Assembly: GCA_016235455.1 (NCBI GenBank)
Contig: JACRKZ010000176.1
Location: 1-13,372 of the forward strand
DNA length: 13,372 nt
Source of the DNA: Armatimonadota bacterium
Lineage (GTDB): Bacteria > Armatimonadota > UBA10988
Direction: 5' to 3'
Positions 8,398 through 13,372 of the stretch are shown here, in pieces (position 1 is the first letter of the stretch; each line of letters starts with the position of its first letter). The notes under the pieces are model-generated. The model had not been told where the DNA came from. It ran no database searches and saw only the letters and a program-made list of their open reading frames with translations. The translations under genes and the position numbers were made by a program.

Positions 8398-10548
8398 CTA
8401 CGGGCTGTGGACCACCGTGACATCGAGGGCCGGCACGCGCACCTCGCCCCCGGCACGCGGGTAAGCGAAGCGCTGTTCGGTCTCGGTCACATTGACGAAG
8501 GCGAGGGCGGTCCGGCCGTCGGGTAGCGTCCAGCCGCTGGCCAACACCGGTGGATGCATGAGCTTCTTGGCCACGCTGTGCCCGTCTTCCCACACGCTGA
8601 AGGCGAACTCGGCGGGGGCCAGCGGCGGGGGCTCGACGGCGACCGCTTCGCCCTGGCTGACGAACTCGCGCAGCGGCCCGCAACGCGCCCGAGTCACCGC
8701 CGCCAGCAGCCGGAGTTGCGCCGGATCGAGCTTGTCGGGCGTGGGCAACAGGTCGTCTTCGCCGTGCTTGTAGAGGATGCCGAACAGGCCCAGATTGGTG
8801 CTCGGCAGACAGCCTCCGGCAAAGGCGCGGGCGGTGAGCAGCAGTTGGTAGGCGTCGGGCGTCACCGAATGCTGCACATCGATGCACAGCGGGCGAGCCA
8901 ACGGCCCGTAGACGAAGGCGAAGGCCGGCACCACCTCGGACGCGGCGCCGTTGGCGGGCCACTCGGTGATGTTGTCGGCGCGGCTGACGTAACTGTCCAG
9001 CACGGGCAGCAGCACTTCGCTGGGATCCTCGAGCGAGGTGCCGAAGTCGGACCGCACCTCGCGGCCGGCGGCACGCGCCGCGGCCACGAAGCGCGTGACG
9101 GCTGCGCTCATCCACGCCCCCGGGCCCTGCGGGTGGCCATGAGTGGTGGCGTAGCAGGGCGGGCAGCCGCCGCCGTTCATCTGGTCGAACTCGAACAGAT
9201 CGAACCCGGCGCCGGCCAGCCGGCGCGCGGCGTCGGGGAAGTGCGCCTGCGTGAAGGCGTGGGCCGGGCACATCTTGGCCTTGCGCCCATCCCAGTTGAA
9301 GAAGGGCGCGTCGATCTGCACCTGCCCGTCGCGGCCAACGACGCACACGGCCCGGCCGTCACGCTCGAAGCGCGCGCGACCATCGAAGCCCGTTACCTGA
9401 TAGGTCCGGGTCTGGTAAGGCTCACGTTCGATCATCCACTGCAGCCCGGCCACCATGGCCGTGGCGTGGGCCGACTCGGCGCGAGCTCCGGCCAGGAGCG
9501 CCTTCAGGCCGTCGTCGCTGGGGTACAGCGGGAAGTAGAACGGCGAGGTGTAGATGCCGTCGTGCTCCCATTCGCGCAGGTCGAGGAGCACGCTCGGTGC
9601 ACCGGTGGCGGCTCGGAGCCGGCGCACCACGTCCGGCCACTGCTCGGGCTGGACCGCGAGCCGGCCCAAGCCCAGCGGCCGCAGTTGGCCACCGAGCGTG
9701 ATGAACCCGCCGTCGAGCCAGGCGGGTGGGGCGTCCGCACCGCGCTTGGGCCTGGCCCACGGTTGCTGCCGAGCCCAGGTGCGGTACATGGCTGCTGCCG
9801 ACTGCCAGGTGCTGCCGCACGGCACCAGCCGCGTCGGCGGCGTGGTGAAGCTCTGGCCGGCCACGAAGGGCAGGGCGTGGCTCACGCGCAGCTCGATCCA
9901 CTCGTGCTCGGCGTCGTAGGGTGCCTCGAAGGCCTTCGGCAGGGCTTGAGGATCGCGCGTCTGGAGTGTCAGTCCGCCATCCTGGCCGAACAGCGCCAGG
10001 TACTGCATCGACGCGTGACCGGGGTAGCCGCGGCCGTTCCAGGGCTTGGCGCGCCAGCCGTCACGGCCGACCAGGTAGCCATCTCCGCCCGGCACGAACA
10101 GCCGGGTCCCGTCGGCATCACCGTGGACCGCCGGCCGCAGACGCAACATGGGCGCAGTCACGGACTCCAGGATGGCCCCGGAGTCGTTGGTCACTGCCGT
10201 CGTGGCCTCGATACCGTCGTCGACCGCGCGCCACGTGGTCACGGCGGTCAGCCGGCGGGCGCCAAAGCGCGCCGTGGCGACGATCTGCTGGTCGTCGGCG
10301 CGGAGCGTGACCTGCTCGGCGTGGCCGGGGTCGAGCCACTGCGAGGTGCGGTCGGCGGGGTCGGTCAGGCGCAGCAGGAATGCAGGCGATGGCGCGGCGA
10401 GCAGTTCGCGGCCCGCGCTGGTCAGCGAGACGAGGCGGCCGCGCTCGGGCTCGACCTCGGCGCGCAGACCGCCGGAAACGAGCACGGCCGCGGGCAAGCC
10501 CGCGGCCGTGACGATGATCAGTGCCAGCCGGACGAGATGCGTACGCAT
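8398..10548 (-). CDS. Secreted DUF6259-like putative glycoside hydrolase (716 aa)
   Basis: Start reassigned to ATG 10548 (GGAG 9 nt upstream, signal peptide MRTHLVRLALIIVTAAGLPA). Motifs 'YPGHASMQYLALF', 'TWQSAAAMYRTWARQQPW', 'KMCP', 'FDQMNGGGCPPCYATTHGHPQGPGAW' and 'VPAFAFVY' are what I recall for DUF6259/GH36-like TIM-barrel proteins. Confidence 0.8.
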   Translation of the reverse strand: MRTHLVRLALIIVTAAGLPAAVLVSGGLRAEVEPERGRLVSLTSAGRELLAAPSPAFLLRLTDPADRTSQWLDPGHAEQVTLRADDQQIVATARFGARRLTAVTTWRAVDDGIEATTAVTNDSGAILESVTAPMLRLRPAVHGDADGTRLFVPGGDGYLVGRDGWRAKPWNGRGYPGHASMQYLALFGQDGGLTLQTRDPQALPKAFEAPYDAEHEWIELRVSHALPFVAGQSFTTPPTRLVPCGSTWQSAAAMYRTWARQQPWARPKRGADAPPAWLDGGFITLGGQLRPLGLGRLAVQPEQWPDVVRRLRAATGAPSVLLDLREWEHDGIYTSPFYFPLYPSDDGLKALLAGARAESAHATAMVAGLQWMIEREPYQTRTYQVTGFDGRARFERDGRAVCVVGRDGQVQIDAPFFNWDGRKAKMCPAHAFTQAHFPDAARRLAGAGFDLFEFDQMNGGGCPPCYATTHGHPQGPGAWMSAAVTRFVAAARAAGREVRSDFGTSLEDPSEVLLPVLDSYVSRADNITEWPANGAASEVVPAFAFVYGPLARPLCIDVQHSVTPDAYQLLLTARAFAGGCLPSTNLGLFGILYKHGEDDLLPTPDKLDPAQLRLLAAVTRARCGPLREFVSQGEAVAVEPPPLAPAEFAFSVWEDGHSVAKKLMHPPVLASGWTLPDGRTALAFVNVTETEQRFAYPRAGGEVRVPALDVTVVHSP

Positions 10549-10565
10549 GGCTGGCGACTCCAGGG

Positions 10566-11309
10566 CTAGCCCTCGGGTTCGAGCTTCTCGAGCGGCTGCG
10601 CGTTGCCGAAGACCATCTTCGGCCCGTTGCACAGCGGCGCCGCCCAGCGGCAGCCGTTGGCGATGATCTTCTGCACTTCGGCCTGGTAGTAGGTCGGATA
10701 GGACTCATGGCCGGGCCGGAAGTAGAAGATCTTGCCGTGGCCGCGGTTATAGCAGCAACCACTGCGGAAGACTTCGCCGCCGGCGAACCAGCTCACCAGC
10801 ACCAGCGTGTCGGGCGCGGGGATGTCGAACGGCTCGCCATACATCTCCTCATGCGGGATGTCGACCCACTCGCCGATGCCTTCGACGATGGGATGGCCGC
10901 GCTCGATGACCCACAGGCGCTCCTTCTCGGCGGCTTCACGCCACTTGAGGTTGCAGCAGGTGCCCATGAGCTTCTGGAAGATCTTGGAGAAGTGGCCCGA
11001 ATGCAGGACCACCAGGCCCATGCCGTCGAGCACGCGCTGATGGACGCGAGCGACGATGTCGTCCTGCACCTCGCCGTGCGCGCAGTGGCCCCACCAGATG
11101 AGCACATCGGTGTTGGCCAGCACTTCGGCGGTCAGGCCGTGCTCGGGCTCATCGAGCGTGGCGCAACTTGCGTCGATGCCGCCCGCGGCGTTGAGCGCGT
11201 CGGCGATGACCTTGTGCATGCCCTCGGGGTAGAGGGTGGAAGCGGGGTGGTTCTCGTTGCGCTCGTGCCGGAACTCGTTCCAGACCGTGACTCTCAGCTT
11301 GTGGCTCAT
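10566..11309 (-). CDS. thuA: ThuA-family (trehalose utilisation) protein, class I glutamine amidotransferase-like fold
   Basis: Signature [10 protein letters not shown]...YPEGMH...[11 protein letters not shown]...DVLIWWGH...[16 protein letters not shown]...[11 protein letters not shown]...GGEVFRSG...[13 protein letters not shown]; SD GAGGA upstream. Only 17 nt separate it from the DUF6259-like gene, so they likely form an operon. Confidence 0.93.
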   Translation of the reverse strand: MSHKLRVTVWNEFRHERNENHPASTLYPEGMHKVIADALNAAGGIDASCATLDEPEHGLTAEVLANTDVLIWWGHCAHGEVQDDIVARVHQRVLDGMGLVVLHSGHFSKIFQKLMGTCCNLKWREAAEKERLWVIERGHPIVEGIGEWVDIPHEEMYGEPFDIPAPDTLVLVSWFAGGEVFRSGCCYNRGHGKIFYFRPGHESYPTYYQAEVQKIIANGCRWAAPLCNGPKMVFGNAQPLEKLEPEG

Positions 11310-11404
11310 GGGGTGTTCCTCACTATCGGGTCCAGCTTGTCGCCCACGCGTAGCGGACAGACCCCCAATGCGCCGACCGTCCGGCGGTTCCTGCCGAGCC
11401 GCCC

Positions 11405-11443
11405 AAAAAGGCAGCCGGCCCCTCGCAATAGGCGAAGGGCCGG
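11405..11443 (-). terminator. Intrinsic terminator-like hairpin upstream of thuA
   Basis: Minus strand CCGGCCCTTCGC-CTATT-GCGAGGGGCCGG: a 12-bp stem with one G-U pair that works only on the minus strand, followed by CTGCC-TTTTT. The U-tract is offset by 5 nt, so efficiency is uncertain. Confidence 0.65.
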
Positions 11444-11542
11444 AAATCGACTATAGACCGTTGAGATCCCGAGACAACACCGCTGGTCCCAGACCGGCCC
11501 CTAGTGGGTCCCAGGTCGGCCAGAGAAGCCGGTGGCCTCGGG

Positions 11543-11599
11543 TCAGAGGTCCGGCGGCATTCTCCCGCTCAACAGGCGACGAACAACTACGAAGCGCAT
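11543..11599 (-). CDS. Putative leader peptide/uORF MRFVVVRRLLSGRMPPDL (18 aa)
   Basis: Manual translation from ATG 11599 to TGA 11545-11543; SD-like GGTGAAAGGGG ends 8 nt upstream. Below the ORF-track length cut-off. Confidence 0.4.
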   Translation of the reverse strand: MRFVVVRRLLSGRMPPDL

Positions 11600-11845
11600 T
11601 CCTGTCGCCCCTTTCACCATTCAGCTCGCCTGCTCTCGCCCGGCTGTCCGCGGTCGGAGGTGCATTGCGCGATCAAAACCGCATACTGACGGGAACCGAC
11701 GGCACCTCGACAGCTTCCACGAGGAAGCGATCGCGGTGGCGACGTCGGGAGCCCCGATCCGCACTCGCACCGCCCAACGGGACGAGAGCCCGTTGACTTG
11801 ACGGCGTCTCTGTGACCCTGTGGTCTCCGTCCGCCGTCACTAGTT

Positions 11846-11874
11846 AGTATCGTCCACCCGCCCCGGTGTTGCAG
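11846..11874 (-). promoter_or_regulatory. Putative sigma70-type promoter for the structured RNA
   Basis: Minus strand CTGCAA (11874-11869), 17-nt spacer, GATACT (11851-11846); the first hairpin begins about 6 nt downstream. Match to consensus is weak. Confidence 0.4.
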
Positions 11875-12217
11875 GTGCGTCAGGAGCAGTTTCGCAATGC
11901 CAGTGCAACATAATGCCGGGGTGCGCCGGTCGTGCAGGGCGCCGATCCGCTTGCCATGCTGGTTTGCGCGGGCGGCTCTGGGCGATAGATGATTTCGACG
12001 ATTTCGGCGCGCGACGAGCTGACCGGCCAGTCTCGCCCGACGGCGTAGGTGGCGCTGAGTCCTCGCTGGCCAGAATTGGCCCATTGGGCGGATTCGGCTT
12101 CAGTAGGCGGGCCGGCGAGCCGAATAGAATCGTGGCAGTGGCAGGTAGTCGCCACGGCCGACGGTGAGCACCGGCTTTCTAGTCTGACCGGGCCGCCACC
12201 ACAGTGAGGTACTTGCT

Positions 12218-12388
12218 ATGGCTTGGTGTATCCAGCGCGGCGCTGCCGCGCCGTCAGCCCCGCGGCCCCCGGCCGCCGCTCCGACCGCATCTCCCGGCGT
12301 CATGCCACGCTGGCCGCGCGTGCCGTGCGTCCACCGGGTCGACACCGCTATGCCCATGCCCCAGCTGGCGCTATCGATGCCGGACTAG
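12218..12388 (+). CDS. Possible small Pro/Ala-rich protein (56 aa)
   Basis: GAGGT at 12206-12210 then ATG 12218; MAWCIQRGAAAPSAPRPPAAAPTASPGVMPRWPRVPCVHRVDTAMPMPQLALSMPD*. No recognisable homology. Confidence 0.25.
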   Translation: MAWCIQRGAAAPSAPRPPAAAPTASPGVMPRWPRVPCVHRVDTAMPMPQLALSMPD

Positions 12389-12520
12389 CACCCTCGGTCT
12401 CACCGCCCACGCCACTCGTGTTGGACGCGAACCGCACTGCTGGTTTGCGCCCAATGCTTTTTGGTTTTTTGCATCCATTGCATTGATGTTCTCAGTCAAT
12501 GGGCGGTCTATATTTTCTCC

Positions 12521-12547
12521 TAAACTTATGTCGAGGTGGGCCGATAA
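12521..12547 (+). promoter_or_regulatory. Sigma28 (FliA/SigD) promoter
   Basis: Perfect consensus TAAA (12521-12524)-N15-GCCGATAA (12540-12547), about 85 nt upstream of a flagellin gene. Confidence 0.93.
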
Positions 12548-12557
12548 CACTCAGCAA

Positions 12558-12631
12558 GGGCCCATGGACCCGAGGATGAGCGCCTCTATTCTAGTTGTGA
12601 GGCGCCTCCTGATAGTATCAAGGAGACTTCG
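12558..12631 (+). promoter_or_regulatory. Structured flagellin 5' UTR with CsrA-type GGA sites
   Basis: ATGGA 12564-12568, AGGA 12573-12576 and AAGGAG (SD) 12620-12625; hairpins GCGCCTC/GAGGCGC (12580-12605) and CTCCTGAT/ATC-A-AGGAG (12606-12625), the latter covering the SD. Confidence 0.55.
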
Positions 12632-13312
12632 ATGGCTTTCAGTATCAGGAACAACACCACAGCCTTGTTCACGCAGCGCAGTATGAGCGCGACGCAGGCC
12701 GAGCTGAGCGGTGTGATGGAGCGGTTGTCGAGCGGCTACCGCATCAACAAGGCGGCCGACGATGCGGCTGGTCTCGCCATCAGCGAGAAGCTGCGTGCCC
12801 AGGTGCGCGGTCTGAACCAGGCCTCGCGCAACGCCCAGGACGGCGTGAGCGTCATCCAGACGACGGAAGCCGCGCTGGGTGAGGGTGGCAGCATCCTCCA
12901 GCGCATGCGTGAACTGACGGTGGAGGCCGCCAACGACACGCTGACCTCGGGCGACCGCGCCAACATCCAGAAGGAAGTGGATGCGCTGCTCTCGGAGATC
13001 GACCGGTTCGCCGGGGCGACCGAGTTCAATACCCAGAAGCTGATCAGTGGCTCGCTGGCGACCACCGCCATGACGCTGCAGATCGGCGCCAACCAGAACC
13101 AGACGATCAGCTTCACCGTCATGACTATAGCTCAGAGCTCCCTGCCCGCTTTGCCGGCATCCGCCGGGCGTCCGCTTAAAAGCTGGACCAGGCGCAGGCA
13201 GGTGACGAGCGTGATCAGACCGAAGCCTACCGCCACTGCGCCATGCGGAATCCACATCGGGATCCGCCCCATGTCGCTGACGCGGCCGAAGATGAACATC
13301 TGCTTGACGTAG
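12632..13312 (+). CDS. fliC: Flagellin, N-terminal domain only; truncated at ~13125, remainder of the ORF is antisense read-through
   Basis: Flagellin_N motifs MERLSSGYRINKAADDAAGLAISEKLRAQVRGLNQASRNAQDGVSVIQTTEAAL, ILQRMREL, DRANIQKE, TEFNTQKL and LQIGAN. No C-terminal flagellin helix (LGAxQNRL...SRIxDxD); the last ~60 aa are the reverse complement of a dctQ-like gene. Confidence 0.9.
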   Translation: MAFSIRNNTTALFTQRSMSATQAELSGVMERLSSGYRINKAADDAAGLAISEKLRAQVRGLNQASRNAQDGVSVIQTTEAALGEGGSILQRMRELTVEAANDTLTSGDRANIQKEVDALLSEIDRFAGATEFNTQKLISGSLATTAMTLQIGANQNQTISFTVMTIAQSSLPALPASAGRPLKSWTRRRQVTSVIRPKPTATAPCGIHIGIRPMSLTRPKMNICLT

Positions 13313-13371
13313 TAGCTCGAATTCCACAGCACGAAGCCGGCGAGCATCGCGATCACCGTCAGCTCGGCAAT
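13132..13371 (-). CDS. TRAP transporter small permease (DctQ-like), 5'-truncated by window edge
   Basis: Frame open from 13371: IAELTVIAMLAGFVLWNSSYYVKQMFIFGRVSDMGRIPMWIPHGAVAVGFGLITLVTCLRLVQLL. This is two TM helices around the 'G..S...IPMWIP..A..VGF.L' DctQ signature; stop TGA 13134-13132. Confidence 0.8.
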   Translation of the reverse strand: MAELTVIAMLAGFVLWNSSYYVKQMFIFGRVSDMGRIPMWIPHGAVAVGFGLITLVTCLRLVQLLSGRPADAGKAGREL

Positions 13372-13372
13372 C

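Larger units (their letters stand above)
11405..11840 (-). ncRNA. Candidate ~430-nt structured RNA (leader/attenuator or sRNA), family not recognised
   Basis: Nearly contiguous helices (see findings), G-U pairs favouring the minus strand, promoter-like element at the 5' side and terminator hairpin at the 3' side; no convincing long ORF. Confidence 0.55.

Noticed and set aside
11501-11545. Selenocysteine read-through of the uORF TGA followed by a stem-loop
   Set aside because: The extension (PEATGFSGRPGTH) has no redox motif, ends quickly at TAG, and the stem does not resemble a canonical bacterial SECIS.
11367-11561. 6S RNA on the plus strand (CGGCGGCAT 3' motif and AATGCGCCG partner ~190 nt away)
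   Set aside because: The interior is not a rod with a central bubble and contains a minus-strand terminator. Not fully excluded without cmscan.
11576-11600. tmRNA tag-like reading ATNNYEAH on the plus strand
   Set aside because: No terminal ALAA-stop, no tRNA-like GGGG...CCA ends, and G-U pairs favour the minus strand.
11405-11840. CsrB-like GGA-repeat sponge RNA
   Set aside because: GGA triplets do not look enriched for this composition and are mostly not in hairpin loops.
11893-11919. Sigma54 promoter-like sequences on the minus strand (TTGCAC-N5-TTGC; CGGCAT-N4-TTGC)
   Set aside because: One lacks the invariant -24 GG; the other has GG-N9-GC rather than GG-N10-GC spacing.
12736-13122. 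128-aa minus-strand ORF as dctM
   Set aside because: After the first codon or two it is simply the antisense of flagellin; no DctM features.
1-13372. CRISPR array, tRNA/rRNA, IS or prophage
   Set aside because: No regularly spaced repeats, tRNA cloverleaf, transposase or integrase motifs seen.

Overview
GC-rich bacterial window, mostly carbohydrate-utilisation and secreted or membrane proteins. In order it holds: the 3' part of a GH78 alpha-L-rhamnosidase, a class I SAM methyltransferase, a 782-aa secreted protein with a transglutaminase-like Cys/His motif, two tandem paralogous multi-pass membrane proteins with a C-terminal GspG/pilin-like module, a GH33 sialidase, and a thuA-family gene followed by a secreted DUF6259-like putative glycosidase. 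A ~1.3 kb intergenic region follows, then a sigma28-driven flagellin that is abruptly truncated and runs head-on into the 3' end of a TRAP small permease (dctQ-like) gene, a probable chimeric junction. The most interesting signal is an unannotated, highly structured ~430-nt minus-strand RNA candidate upstream of thuA. It has its own candidate promoter, a hidden 18-aa Val/Leu-rich uORF and mutually exclusive antiterminator/terminator helices. All family calls come from motif recognition by eye; no database searches were run.
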